This document shows positions 45,472 through 55,450 of a DNA stretch of 64,000 nucleotides, piece after piece. The stretch is from Saprospirales bacterium (GTDB taxonomy: Bacteria; Bacteroidota; Bacteroidia; Chitinophagales; Saprospiraceae). How positions within the stretch are numbered: position 1 is the first letter of the stretch; every line of letters starts with the position of its first letter. The position numbers and the translations under genes were made by a program. The notes under the pieces are model-generated. The model had not been told where the DNA came from. It was given only the letters and a program-made list of their open reading frames with translations, and did no database searches. The stretch covers positions 19,923 through 83,922 of the forward strand of contig RECS01000123.1 of assembly GCA_007693915.1 (NCBI GenBank). Reading direction: 5' to 3'.

Positions 45472-46298
45472 CCAAAATCCTGAATATCCCCATAGACAAT
45501 AAAAGCTGGATTTTTCAAATCCGGTTTATTGTACTTCAGAGGTTGATCGTTATCTGCTCTTAGGACGAGACCACACGCTTCCTCCACTAGAATTTGACCT
45601 GCTGCTGTATCCCATTCGTTAATCCTTCGGTTAGATGGATACAAATGGGCCTCTCCAGTCGCCACCATCAGAAACTTCACTGTACCACCGCGATAAATCA
45701 TTTGTGGCTGATTGAACTTATTAAAATAATTTTGCAAACCACTGAAATCCTGAGCCGGAGAACAAACAAACTTTAAACCCGGGTCCTTTTTTGCAAAAAC
45801 CAAAGCAGAAAGTGGTCGGCTTGATTCAGCATCTTCCACAAAAGCACCATTTCCACTTGTAGCATAAAACACCTCTCCAGTGACAGGGCGACCAATAACT
45901 CCCAAAACTGGCATTTGGTCTTCAATCAAAGCGATATTTATGGTAAAATCCCCGTTCTTTTTGATAAAACCATAAGTGCCGTCAATTGGATCAATCATCC
46001 ACAGACGCCGCATTTTTTTTCGTTCTTCATAGGGAGGATTATCCAATTCTTCCGAAATAATGGGAATATCAGGAGTTAATTTTTCCAGACCTCTGCAAAG
46101 TATATCATTTGCCAGTAAATCTGCTTCACTCAATGGACTTCCATCTGACTTTTTACGAAAATCAATTGCATCACTACTTTCGTAAATTTCCAATACGGCC
46201 TGCATTGTATTTCGGCAAAGTTCAGTCAATTGTGGGATCCAATCTTTGTATGGCATTACTATTCTTTTGACTAAAAAAAAAAGGTAAGTCCAATCCAA
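45468..46298 (-). CDS. cysQ: 3'(2'),5'-bisphosphate nucleotidase (inositol monophosphatase superfamily)
   Basis: 276-aa ORF with motifs WMIDPIDGT and WDTAAG. The first 14 codons look non-native, so the real start may be the Met at 46256 (MPYKDWIPQL...). Confidence 0.8.
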   Translation of the reverse strand: MDWTYLFFLVKRIVMPYKDWIPQLTELCRNTMQAVLEIYESSDAIDFRKKSDGSPLSEADLLANDILCRGLEKLTPDIPIISEELDNPPYEERKKMRRLWMIDPIDGTYGFIKKNGDFTINIALIEDQMPVLGVIGRPVTGEVFYATSGNGAFVEDAESSRPLSALVFAKKDPGLKFVCSPAQDFSGLQNYFNKFNQPQMIYRGGTVKFLMVATGEAHLYPSNRRINEWDTAAGQILVEEACGLVLRADNDQPLKYNKPDLKNPAFIVYGDIQDFG

Positions 46299-46334
46299 TA
46301 TATAATCGAAATGGACTTACCTATATTTTATTTC

Positions 46335-49300
46335 TTATTCATTTCTAACGGGATATGGAGGTATTTCCGGGAACTCAACCGGGTTTTCCTCCAGCGCCTT
46401 TAATAATTCTTCTACCCCTCTTTCCAGCTGTGCATCTACACCCAGGAATTCTAAATGAGGATCATTAATGACCTCAATATCAGGATCCACTCCGTATCCT
46501 TCTATCACCCATTCCCCTGTTTCGGGATCAAAATGACCAAATTCGGGCTTTCTCAAATCAGCACCGTCTACAAAGGGCAATGAACCTCTAATACCAACTA
46601 CACCACCCCAGCTTCTCTGTCCAATCAGTGGACCTATTCCATAAAACTGAAACTGATAGGGAAATAAATCACCATCGGAAGCAGAGTATTGATCAATCAA
46701 GCAAGCTTTTGGTCCAAGGTGAATTTGAGCAGGTCTTGTCCCGGCTCTTTCTGCATTCCTCCAGGATGTGCCAAATACCAGTTCTCGACGCAATCGTTCG
46801 ATCAACATGGGTGAAACATTTCCACCACCATTGCCCCTTACATCAATAATCAGTGCTTCTTTGGCGAGTTGCGGATAAAAATACCTTACAAACATAACCA
46901 ATCCACCGGGACCCATATCGGGTACATGGATATACCCTATTCTTCCGTCAGACAGCTCATCAATTCTGGCTATATTGTGCTCAATCCAATCAAAATAATA
47001 AAGGCTAGACTGATCAGCAATAGGTTGTACATAAACTTTCCTTCCAGAATCCATATCTGGTTGAGATGATATAGTCAACTCTGTAGTCTTACCTGCCATA
47101 CCAATTAATCCGGCATAGATGTTAGGCAGATCGGCTGTAGATTGCCCATTGATCGCCAGAATGAAATCACCTTCAGACACATTCAGGCCGACTTCTGCAA
47201 GGGGTGATTTAACACCATCCATCCAATTGGCACCCGGAAGTATTCTATCAATCTGATAAAAGCCACTTTCGTGTCTTGAAAACTCAGCTCCCAGTTTGCC
47301 CATTGGAGTTCTTTCAACATCCGGGCGATCCCCATCATTTACATAGGCATGACCTGCATTGAGTTCTCCTATCATTTCACCCATTATATAGGTGAGGTCA
47401 TTTCTGTGATTGAGATGGGGAAGAAAAACCTCGTATTTCTCTTTGATGGCATCCCAGTCCACACCATGCATGTCGGGATCATAGAAGAAGTCTCGCATCT
47501 GCCTCCAGGTTTCATAGAAAATCTGTGCCCACTCTGCTTTCCTATCCACATAAACAACAACTGCGCTCATGTCGAGTTGATTTTCCGTTTTTATTTCCCT
47601 TCTTGCAAGGTCTTCAATGAAGTAATTACTACCTCTTCTAATGAGTACTTTTTTTCCATCTGCTGAAATAGTAAAACCATTGAATGAACCAATGGTGGTC
47701 TCTTCTTTCGATTCGAAATTGTAAAACTTAACTGAAGCCTGTTGACCACGTGCTGAATATTGATAGAAAATCCCATCCTCCATTACCTGAAGATTCCAGT
47801 AATTTCCGGCAGGAGTTCCCAGATTTTCAACCCTTTGGAAAATTCCCTCTTTGTCGACTATTATTTTTTTCTCTTCCTCTTCATCCTCCTCAGAATTGTC
47901 GTCATCATCTGACTCTTCATTAAATGCTTCCACATTTTTCTGTTTGTGGACAGAAGGGGTTTCGGCAGTCAGGTGTAAAACAAAAAGATTACCCATGTCG
48001 ATGAAGGCATGATTCCACTCAGCATTGGAATAAATGGGATTAAATTCTCTCTGGGAAACAAAAAACAGTTTTTTTCCATCCTTACTGAATCTAGGTGAAG
48101 AAGCATCATACCATTCGTCGGTTACAGGAAAATTATCACCAGACTCCAGGCTATAGAGGTAAATTTGTGTTACTCCCCGCTGATCAGGAAAAGCATATGC
48201 AATCCATTTATTGTCATGAGACCATGAGAAATCGCGTATTTCCCAATCGGGGCTGTATCCTGCTGTCCTTCGCTCAGAAGTTTCCACATTGTAGTAGTAA
48301 AGGTGGTGAGATCTGTCAGAAAGTGCGATCATTCTGCTATCAGGGGACCAGGCTACCGAGTACTTATATGGAGCACCATCTGATGAAACTGCCCTTGCCG
48401 GTCCGCTGCCGTCTGACGGAATCACATACAATTCATCCTCCCCATCCATATCTGAAATAAAAGCAATCCACTTGCCATCAGGCGACCAGTTCACATATTT
48501 ATCATGTGCATCTGAAGACATCGTAAGATTGCGCGTCACTCCATTTTTAGCCGGCACAGTAAATACATCTCCCCTTGCGCTAAAAACTGCTCTTGAACCG
48601 TCAGGAGCTATATCAGCAGAATAGATATTGGCTGTGGCATCCACCCGCTTATTTCTTCCTGTTGAGAAATCTTCCTTTAGGAATACTTCCACTCTTTGTA
48701 ATTCCTCTGCATCGATATCATAAATGTAGATAAATCCGCCATTCTCAAAAGTGATCAGTCCGTCACTGATATTGGGCCATTTGATATCGTACTCATCGAA
48801 ATTCGTAACCTTAGCAGTATTTCCTGTCTCTCGATCATACACAAAAAGGTTCATCGTACGGTCTCTGTCTGAAGCGAAAAAGACCTTATTCTCATAAGCC
48901 ATTGGAAAAATATCCTGAGAATTATTATTGGTCAGATTTTCCGTCTCACCTGTTTCAAAATCAAACAGCCAAATATCATCGGCCTGACCACCTCTGTAAT
49001 ATTTCCAGGTTCTGAATTCACGAAATACTCGGTTGTGCGCCAATTTACTTCCACCATCGGCATAGGTGCACCAGGATGCAACTGAAAAAGGGAGTTGCTC
49101 AGGCAAATCCCCACTGAGCGGTGCTTTTTTCAAAACCCCTTTAAATGCGTTGAAACTGTTATCCCTTGTTCTGAAAACGACGTGTTGGTCATCTGGAGTC
49201 CAGGTCATTACAATATTGTTTGGCCCCATACGATCTGAGACATCATCTCTACCAAGGGTGGTAGTATAAGTAATCCGCTTGGGCTCTCCCCCTTCAGCCG

Positions 49301-49580
49301 GTATGACGAACACCTCAGTATTGCCATCGTACTGACCGGTAAATGCAATTTTACTTCCATCGTTGGAAAACTTTGGAAACATCTTAAAGCCCGAATGAGC
49401 AGTCAATCTACGGGCTATACCACCTTGTCTTTCAACGGTATAAAGGTCACCCGCATATACAAAGACCACCTGATCACCATGAGCTGTGGGAAAGCGTAAT
49501 AATCTCGTCTCATCTTCTTGTGCAGACAGGGATATAAAAAAGAAAAGAAATGCAAAAGTCATTAAAAGTCTTGTAATCAT
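46335..49580 (-). CDS. Tricorn-protease-like S41 peptidase (TolB-type propellers + PDZ + S41 catalytic domain)
   Basis: 1081-aa ORF with a signal peptide and the characteristic N-terminus (LLRFPTAHGDQVVFVYAGDLYTVERQGGIARRLTAH...FPKFSNDGSKIAFTGQYDGNTEVFV). It has an acidic linker and a C-terminal S41 region (IIDVRGNGGG). Confidence 0.9.
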   Translation of the reverse strand: MITRLLMTFAFLFFFISLSAQEDETRLLRFPTAHGDQVVFVYAGDLYTVERQGGIARRLTAHSGFKMFPKFSNDGSKIAFTGQYDGNTEVFVIPAEGGEPKRITYTTTLGRDDVSDRMGPNNIVMTWTPDDQHVVFRTRDNSFNAFKGVLKKAPLSGDLPEQLPFSVASWCTYADGGSKLAHNRVFREFRTWKYYRGGQADDIWLFDFETGETENLTNNNSQDIFPMAYENKVFFASDRDRTMNLFVYDRETGNTAKVTNFDEYDIKWPNISDGLITFENGGFIYIYDIDAEELQRVEVFLKEDFSTGRNKRVDATANIYSADIAPDGSRAVFSARGDVFTVPAKNGVTRNLTMSSDAHDKYVNWSPDGKWIAFISDMDGEDELYVIPSDGSGPARAVSSDGAPYKYSVAWSPDSRMIALSDRSHHLYYYNVETSERRTAGYSPDWEIRDFSWSHDNKWIAYAFPDQRGVTQIYLYSLESGDNFPVTDEWYDASSPRFSKDGKKLFFVSQREFNPIYSNAEWNHAFIDMGNLFVLHLTAETPSVHKQKNVEAFNEESDDDDNSEEDEEEEKKIIVDKEGIFQRVENLGTPAGNYWNLQVMEDGIFYQYSARGQQASVKFYNFESKEETTIGSFNGFTISADGKKVLIRRGSNYFIEDLARREIKTENQLDMSAVVVYVDRKAEWAQIFYETWRQMRDFFYDPDMHGVDWDAIKEKYEVFLPHLNHRNDLTYIMGEMIGELNAGHAYVNDGDRPDVERTPMGKLGAEFSRHESGFYQIDRILPGANWMDGVKSPLAEVGLNVSEGDFILAINGQSTADLPNIYAGLIGMAGKTTELTISSQPDMDSGRKVYVQPIADQSSLYYFDWIEHNIARIDELSDGRIGYIHVPDMGPGGLVMFVRYFYPQLAKEALIIDVRGNGGGNVSPMLIERLRRELVFGTSWRNAERAGTRPAQIHLGPKACLIDQYSASDGDLFPYQFQFYGIGPLIGQRSWGGVVGIRGSLPFVDGADLRKPEFGHFDPETGEWVIEGYGVDPDIEVINDPHLEFLGVDAQLERGVEELLKALEENPVEFPEIPPYPVRNE

Positions 49581-49771
49581 AAATTTCGCTTTAGTTGAAA
49601 AATAAATGTCGATTCTATTAAATTTCGAATCTACTGATTTGGGCGGGTGAAGGTACGAAAATTTGTTGAAAGTAATGGGGATTTATTGGGAATATCAGGT
49701 CTATAAAAGCTAATCAAGGAGTACCAAAGGAAATATAATTATCTCTAGGGATGGAATTTGGAAAGCAATAT

Positions 49772-49954
49772 CTAGCCCGGATTATTCATGAGATTTCGTT
49801 TCGAAAAGCAAAAATGTCAATAGAATTGGGAAGCGCAGAAATTTTTATCTGAAGGAATTGTAGCCCAATTTTGAGGATAACAAATTTCGAGCATTTTCAA
49901 TTATAGCTGACAGTTTGGCTTTGCAGTAGAAATTTTGTGAATAATTCGGGCTAG
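49772..49954. repeat. 183-bp unit bounded by 26-bp imperfect inverted repeats (MITE-like element or long stem-loop)
   Basis: CTAGCCCGGATTATTCATGAGATTTC (49772-49797) matches the reverse complement of 49929-49954 at 22 of 26 positions. A third TAGCCCAATTTT copy lies at 49861-49872. It sits in a 578-bp divergent intergenic region. Confidence 0.4.
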
Positions 49955-50158
49955 TAAGCTGAGTTCAATTAACATTCCAAAGTAAAAATACTTTAATCAC
50001 CAATCAGGCGATGAGGGACATTTACATATTTCCATGTCAAAAAGGGGTTTTCAGAGTGGGCTCATTTATGCTAATTTGCACATTCAGCTTTATGACACAA
50101 AGTACGATTTAAGCCTGGATTTAAGTATTATTCTTATATTTGTCCAAAATAAAGTACG

Positions 50159-50569
50159 ATGAGAATATTTTTTATCCTTTTTCTAAGTCTTCTTTTTCTA
50201 ACGTCATGCAGTAAAGACGACGACAATTCGAATCCCAACCAAAACCAATTAATAGAGGTTGAATCTATTGACCAAATTCGGGATGAGGTCAAAACCGGTG
50301 TTCATCTGGTTTTTTTCTATTCTCCCTCTTGCAGTATCTGCAACAGACAGCGTCCGATCATCGCAGGATTAATTGATGATACTGAGCTCGAAAAGGTTTC
50401 TTTTTTGCAAAACAACAATGACAATCTCTCGAATGTGGCACAGTTCTACGGAGTAAATGGGCATCCGGTAATCCTGTTTTTCAAGGATGGTGATGAAAAA
50501 AATCGTTTACTGGGGGGTGGACATGAGGCAGGAAAATTAAAAGATTTGCTTTTGGATCTTCTGGATTGA
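50159..50569 (+). CDS. Thioredoxin-like lipoprotein (CxxC = CSIC)
   Basis: 136-aa ORF with a lipobox (FLTSC) and a thioredoxin fold with FFYSPSCSICNRQRP. Confidence 0.7.
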   Translation: MRIFFILFLSLLFLTSCSKDDDNSNPNQNQLIEVESIDQIRDEVKTGVHLVFFYSPSCSICNRQRPIIAGLIDDTELEKVSFLQNNNDNLSNVAQFYGVNGHPVILFFKDGDEKNRLLGGGHEAGKLKDLLLDLLD

Positions 50570-50599
50570 TACTACTATACAGTTAGAATACCATCAATT

Positions 50600-50998
50600 A
50601 TGAAATTAACTTACATCCTTTTCCTTAGTGTACTGCTTTTCATTGGTTGTATAAAAGACGATGATCAACCAACGAATTTGATTGAAGTCGATTCTTTTGA
50701 AATGTATCAAAGCATAAGAGCGAGTGGGGTGAATGTAGTGTTCTTCTATTCACCAACAAGTACTGTTTGTCGCATGCAGCGTCCTGCTCTTGAGGATTTA
50801 GTTGGAGATGAGGAACTCCCTGGTGTTAAGTTTTATCAGACGAAAAACGAAGGATTTGAGTCATTTGGCTTTGTGTTTGGAGTCAGTAGATACCCGGTAA
50901 TCGTTTTTCATAAAAATTCTTCTGAACAAGCAAGACTAACAGGGGGAGGCCATTCAAGTGAAAAGATTAAAGAAATTTTGGTGAACCTAATTGATTAA
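50600..50998 (+). CDS. Thioredoxin-like lipoprotein paralogue with degenerate active site (SxxC = STVC)
   Basis: 132-aa ORF with a lipobox (LFIGC), colinear with the preceding gene (LIEV(E/D)S..., VVFFYSPTSTVCRMQRP, ...GGGH...). Confidence 0.65.
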   Translation: MKLTYILFLSVLLFIGCIKDDDQPTNLIEVDSFEMYQSIRASGVNVVFFYSPTSTVCRMQRPALEDLVGDEELPGVKFYQTKNEGFESFGFVFGVSRYPVIVFHKNSSEQARLTGGGHSSEKIKEILVNLID

Positions 50999-51553
50999 TT
51001 AAAATCGTCTAAAATCATCCAAAAGTCTGTCAAGTTCTTTTTTTAACTCCGGGTCGATGATTTCATTTTTTTCTACCCACTCATAAATTCTGGAGATAGG
51101 CATTTTCTCCGGAAAAATAATGAGTCCAAGGTAATTGAGAATGTCAGAAAGATGATCGAGTCCCCTGATATTACCAGCCCTTCCGGAAGCTACGCCAATC
51201 AGGCAGCCTTTTTTGTGAAAAAAGTTTTCTTTGTAATTCCTGACGGAGATAGCATCAATAAAAAGCTTGAGAATACCGGGCATGCTTCCATTATATTCCG
51301 GCACTACAAATATGTAATGAGTGGTTTTTTTTGAAAAAAACCTATCCTGTATTTCGCTTAACTTTTCGTGTTGCCCCACTTCGCTGTATTCCGAATTGGT
51401 CAGCCAATCAAGTGGGATTTTTGACAAATCTAGCAGATCGATATCGTACGATTTTTCCACCCCATTTTTATATAAGTAAGAGGATATCAAAGCGGTCTGA
51501 CTACCTGGTCGGTCTGTTGAGGCGATCAAAGTAATTTTAGATGTATTTTTCAA
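50999..51553 (-). CDS. NAD(P)H-dependent FMN reductase-family oxidoreductase
   Basis: 184-aa ORF with a flavodoxin-like fold (ITLIASTDRPGSQT..., VVPEYNGSMPGILKLFIDA). Confidence 0.75.
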   Translation of the reverse strand: MKNTSKITLIASTDRPGSQTALISSYLYKNGVEKSYDIDLLDLSKIPLDWLTNSEYSEVGQHEKLSEIQDRFFSKKTTHYIFVVPEYNGSMPGILKLFIDAISVRNYKENFFHKKGCLIGVASGRAGNIRGLDHLSDILNYLGLIIFPEKMPISRIYEWVEKNEIIDPELKKELDRLLDDFRRF

Positions 51554-51727
51554 ATCTTCAGTTTTTTAAATTAGGACAAATTGTCTCGGTTTGACTTAGT
51601 AATAATTCACCCATAAAAACCCATGATTGTCTTTAAGGTTTAGTCATTTTCTTTTCTGCTTTTTAAAGATTAACTTTGCAGTCCGATTCAGGAAAACATT
51701 TTCTAATCTTTACAAAAAATAAGAAAA

Positions 51728-52411
51728 ATGAAAATCAAGTTTTTAGGGCATAGCTGTTTTTTAATAGAAACACAAGGTAAGAAATTAATCGTCGACCCCT
51801 TTATCAGTCCCAATGAGTTAGCGAAAGATGTAGATGCAAATGAGATCAGAGTTGATTATGTGTTGCTGACTCATGGTCATGGAGATCATGTTGCTGACGC
51901 TGAATTAATAGCTAAAAATTCTGATGCAACTATTATTTCCAATTTTGAGATAGTGAGTTGGTATGAAGAAAAAGGCATAAAAGGTCACCCCATGAATCAC
52001 GGTGGGAAGCGAAGTTTTGATTTTGGTGAATTAAAATACGTCAATGCCATTCATTCAAGTGTTTTACCGGATGGTACTTATGGCGGAAATCCCGGAGGAT
52101 TTATTCTGAAATCCGGAGGCATAACCCTTTATATTGCGGGAGATACAGCTCTGCATATGGATATGAAGCTGATACCCATGACATCCGGCAAACTCAATGC
52201 TGCAATTCTTCCTGTCGGAGACAACTTTACGATGGGAACTGATGATGCTCTTATAGCGGCGGAGTTTATCGAATGCGATAAAATAATCGGTTGTCACTTT
52301 GACACTTTTGGTTACATAGTCATTGAGGATAAGGAAGCGGCTGTGGCAGATTTTAAATCAAAAAACAAGGAATTGATACTACCTCAAATTGGGTACGAGA
52401 TCAGCATCTGA
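51728..52411 (+). CDS. Metal-dependent hydrolase, metallo-beta-lactamase fold (UPF0173 type)
   Basis: 227-aa ORF with MKIKFLGHSCFLIE... and the HxHxDH motif (LLTHGHGDHV). Confidence 0.85.
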   Translation: MKIKFLGHSCFLIETQGKKLIVDPFISPNELAKDVDANEIRVDYVLLTHGHGDHVADAELIAKNSDATIISNFEIVSWYEEKGIKGHPMNHGGKRSFDFGELKYVNAIHSSVLPDGTYGGNPGGFILKSGGITLYIAGDTALHMDMKLIPMTSGKLNAAILPVGDNFTMGTDDALIAAEFIECDKIIGCHFDTFGYIVIEDKEAAVADFKSKNKELILPQIGYEISI

Positions 52412-52422
52412 TAGAATAGAAA

Positions 52423-53208
52423 ATGGGTAAAACAATTACAATAGCCAATCAAAAGGGAGGAGTGGGTAAAACCACTACTGCTATTAACCTTGCAGCAAGC
52501 CTTGCTGTTCTGGAATATCGCATATTGATTATCGATGCGGATCCACAAGGCAATGCTACATCAGGTGTAGGACTAGAACAGGGTGCGGAGGATTTAACCA
52601 TATACGACTGTTTACTAAATGAAGCCAACCCAAAGGAAGCCATTCAAAAAACAGAGTTGACCAACTTATCTATTTTGCCATCTTCTATTGATCTGGTGGG
52701 AGCTGAATTAGAGCTTGCATCTAAAATTCAGCGGGAGTTTTATCTAAAAAAAATAGTGGATGTCATAAAGGATGATTACGATTTTATTTTCATCGATTGT
52801 CTTCCTTCCCTAGGTTTGATTACAGTTAATGCGCTGACGGCGGCTGATTCTGTTCTCATTCCTGTTCAGTGTGAAATATTCGCTCTTGAGGGTTTGCAAA
52901 AACTGAAGAATACCATTAAGCTAGTGAAGAGTACGGTCAACCCGGGATTGGAAGTTGAGGGCATTGTTTTGAGTATGTTTGATCAGCGATTGAGACTGGC
53001 AAAAGTGGTAGTTGATGAGGTGAAAAGTCACTCCACAGACCATGTTTTTGAAACTATTATCCATAGAAACTCAAGAATAGGAGAAGCACCTAGTGCACAT
53101 AAACCGGTTATTTTATACGATGCAGCCTGCAAGGGAACGTTTAATTTCCTAAATCTGGCAAAAGAATTTATAGAAAAGAATTCCGCACCCGAGAAGGTTA
53201 AAGGGTAG
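52423..53208 (+). CDS. parA: Chromosome partitioning ATPase ParA/Soj
   Basis: 261-aa ORF with the deviant Walker A motif [14 protein letters not shown]. Confidence 0.9.
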   Translation: MGKTITIANQKGGVGKTTTAINLAASLAVLEYRILIIDADPQGNATSGVGLEQGAEDLTIYDCLLNEANPKEAIQKTELTNLSILPSSIDLVGAELELASKIQREFYLKKIVDVIKDDYDFIFIDCLPSLGLITVNALTAADSVLIPVQCEIFALEGLQKLKNTIKLVKSTVNPGLEVEGIVLSMFDQRLRLAKVVVDEVKSHSTDHVFETIIHRNSRIGEAPSAHKPVILYDAACKGTFNFLNLAKEFIEKNSAPEKVKG

Positions 53209-53233
53209 AGAATCAAAATACAATTTCACCACT

Positions 53234-54139
53234 ATGGCAAAAATGAAGAAAAAAGAATTGGGTCTGGGCATTCGTGCGCTTTTGTCCAATGTAGAAGAAA
53301 AGGATACAGATACCCGTCAGGAAATAGTTAGAGAGTTATCCAGTAATACGGCATTGATACCCGTGGATCAGATAGAAGAAAATCCTTTTCAACCGAGAAA
53401 AGAATTTCACCCCACTGAGCTAAATGAACTCAGTGAATCCATTCGAATCCACGGTCTGATTCAGCCCATTACGGTAAGGAGAATGCACGACAAGGCTTTT
53501 CAGATTATCAGTGGAGAAAGGAGGTGGAGAGCTACAAAAAATGCCGGATTAACAGAGATTCCGGCTTACATCAGACTGGCTGATGATCAGGCTATGCTTG
53601 AGATGGCACTCATTGAAAACATACAGCGAAAGGATCTCAATCCTATGGAAATTGCTTTTAGCCTCAGCCGATTATTAGAAGAATGTCAGCTCACACACGA
53701 AGGACTGTCTGAAAGGGTAAGCAAAAGCAGGAGTTCAGTGACCAATTATCTCAGATTACTAAAACTACCGCCAAAAGTTCAAGAGTCAGTTAAAAATGAG
53801 GTCATCAGTATGGGGCATGCAAGAGCATTAGCCGGCATTGAAGATACCCTTTTACAAATGGAGCTACTTGAGTTAATTGAAAAAAACGGCTGGTCAGTAA
53901 GGACAACGGAAGAAACGATCAAAAGACTAAGTCAGACTCCTGACAAAAGTAAAGAATCAGCTGAAAAAGACAGCCGAATTCCATCCAAGGAAATGAAAGC
54001 CCTGGAGGATAAGCTGCTTCAAAAATTTGGTGCCAATACCCATATTAAAGAGAAAAAATCCGGGGAAGGGGAAATTGTAATCCGTTTTGAAGATAGGGAA
54101 CATCTCAATCAGTTACTGGAGTATTTTGAAATTATATGA
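53234..54139 (+). CDS. parB: Chromosome partitioning protein ParB/Spo0J
   Basis: 301-aa ORF with ParB-box motifs (GLIQPITVR, ISGERRWRA) and an HTH region. Confidence 0.9.
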   Translation: MAKMKKKELGLGIRALLSNVEEKDTDTRQEIVRELSSNTALIPVDQIEENPFQPRKEFHPTELNELSESIRIHGLIQPITVRRMHDKAFQIISGERRWRATKNAGLTEIPAYIRLADDQAMLEMALIENIQRKDLNPMEIAFSLSRLLEECQLTHEGLSERVSKSRSSVTNYLRLLKLPPKVQESVKNEVISMGHARALAGIEDTLLQMELLELIEKNGWSVRTTEETIKRLSQTPDKSKESAEKDSRIPSKEMKALEDKLLQKFGANTHIKEKKSGEGEIVIRFEDREHLNQLLEYFEII

Positions 54140-54780
54140 TGGTTCAACTGTCTAAATACCCGACAATTTTACTCCTTGGGATCTTATATTTAAACTCAAC
54201 TGCTTACGCTTTTGACTTTAAACAAGATTTTCAAACCACATATGAAACAGTAGACACTTCTGATCGGGTTGAACTACAAAGCCCTGTATCAGACCCGAAA
54301 ATGGCATTACTCGATGATTTAATCATCAACCGACAAAGGGACCGGAATCCTCGGACTGCAGTGATTTTATCTTTGGCCGTGCCTGGTGCTGGTCAATCCT
54401 ACAATGGAGACTATCTCAAAACGGGTGTCATTTACGGAATTTTTGGTTCACTTTTCTATGCTATGGATTTCAATCGAAATCAATTTGACCGATTCAATAT
54501 TGCTTACGAACAGAGATTAAAAGGTGAACCAGATGAGTTTGTTGGACTCATTCCCAATGCTAGAGGAATCAGGAATTTCCGGGATAGGTATAGAAAAGAC
54601 CTTGAATTGACCTACATTGGAATAGGAGCTGCCTATCTTTTTAATGTAATTGACGCTTTCGTATCTGCTCACCTGACCACCTTTGATGTCAGTGATGACC
54701 TGAGCTTTAGGATTGAACCCACCATCAGGACAATGTTTCCGGGCAGCGCCGTTGGGGCCGGAATCGTATTTACTTTCTGA
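54136..54780 (+). CDS. DUF5683-like membrane protein commonly following parB in Bacteroidota
   Basis: 214-aa ORF with the motif ILSLAVPGAGQSYNGDYLKTGVIYG. 4-nt overlap with parB. Confidence 0.65.
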   Translation: MMVQLSKYPTILLLGILYLNSTAYAFDFKQDFQTTYETVDTSDRVELQSPVSDPKMALLDDLIINRQRDRNPRTAVILSLAVPGAGQSYNGDYLKTGVIYGIFGSLFYAMDFNRNQFDRFNIAYEQRLKGEPDEFVGLIPNARGIRNFRDRYRKDLELTYIGIGAAYLFNVIDAFVSAHLTTFDVSDDLSFRIEPTIRTMFPGSAVGAGIVFTF

Positions 54781-54790
54781 ATTCCATGGA

Positions 54791-55450
54791 CTATAAAATT
54801 GGGAGCCTGTAGTGTACTGTATAAAAAATAATGAAGTACTCCATATTTCTCCCACTTACTATATTGTTTCCACCAAACCACCTGTTTACCCTTAGTACCG
54901 GATCTGAATAGGTGTTGGTAATTCTTCCCCCTCCAAGTCCCATTGAAAAACTAAAATTAGGCAGACTTTTGTTGAAATCAAATTCAAACTCCAAACCCCA
55001 TCCCCTTAATCTGCTATCCATATGCCCATCAATAATTTGAATAAAACTCCCTCCTGCCTGAAAAGTTTCTATTTCTCTGAATGCTCTAGCTCTTCGATAA
55101 TTGAAAAAAATACCTAAATGTGCTCTGAAGCTATTCGATTCCCCCAACTTAAGCTGAAGTGAAGGTCTTAATCGATAGCCCCTCGCACCATCAAAAGCCT
55201 GGTCAATTATGGAAAATAAGTAAGCAGATTCCAAGCGGAAATAAATGGGGTCGAAGATTTTTATCTGATGACTTAATTGAACTCCTGGATATTTGTTGAG
55301 CAGAGCTGCAGGGCTAAGTCCTAACTGATATACATAGTTACCATCTTCTTCATCTTTTTCATTTAAAGAAAAATCCTGTGAATTTCCGCTGTAAATAGTA
55401 GCTGTTAATCCTAGAAAAATGAAAATGAGGACTGAAAAACTTACCTTCAT
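54791..55450 (-). CDS. Hypothetical secreted protein, possible small outer-membrane beta-barrel
   Basis: 219-aa ORF with a signal peptide and alternating hydrophobic pattern with aromatic-rich strands. 4-nt overlap with the upstream gene. Confidence 0.5.
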   Translation of the reverse strand: MKVSFSVLIFIFLGLTATIYSGNSQDFSLNEKDEEDGNYVYQLGLSPAALLNKYPGVQLSHQIKIFDPIYFRLESAYLFSIIDQAFDGARGYRLRPSLQLKLGESNSFRAHLGIFFNYRRARAFREIETFQAGGSFIQIIDGHMDSRLRGWGLEFEFDFNKSLPNFSFSMGLGGGRITNTYSDPVLRVNRWFGGNNIVSGRNMEYFIIFYTVHYRLPIL

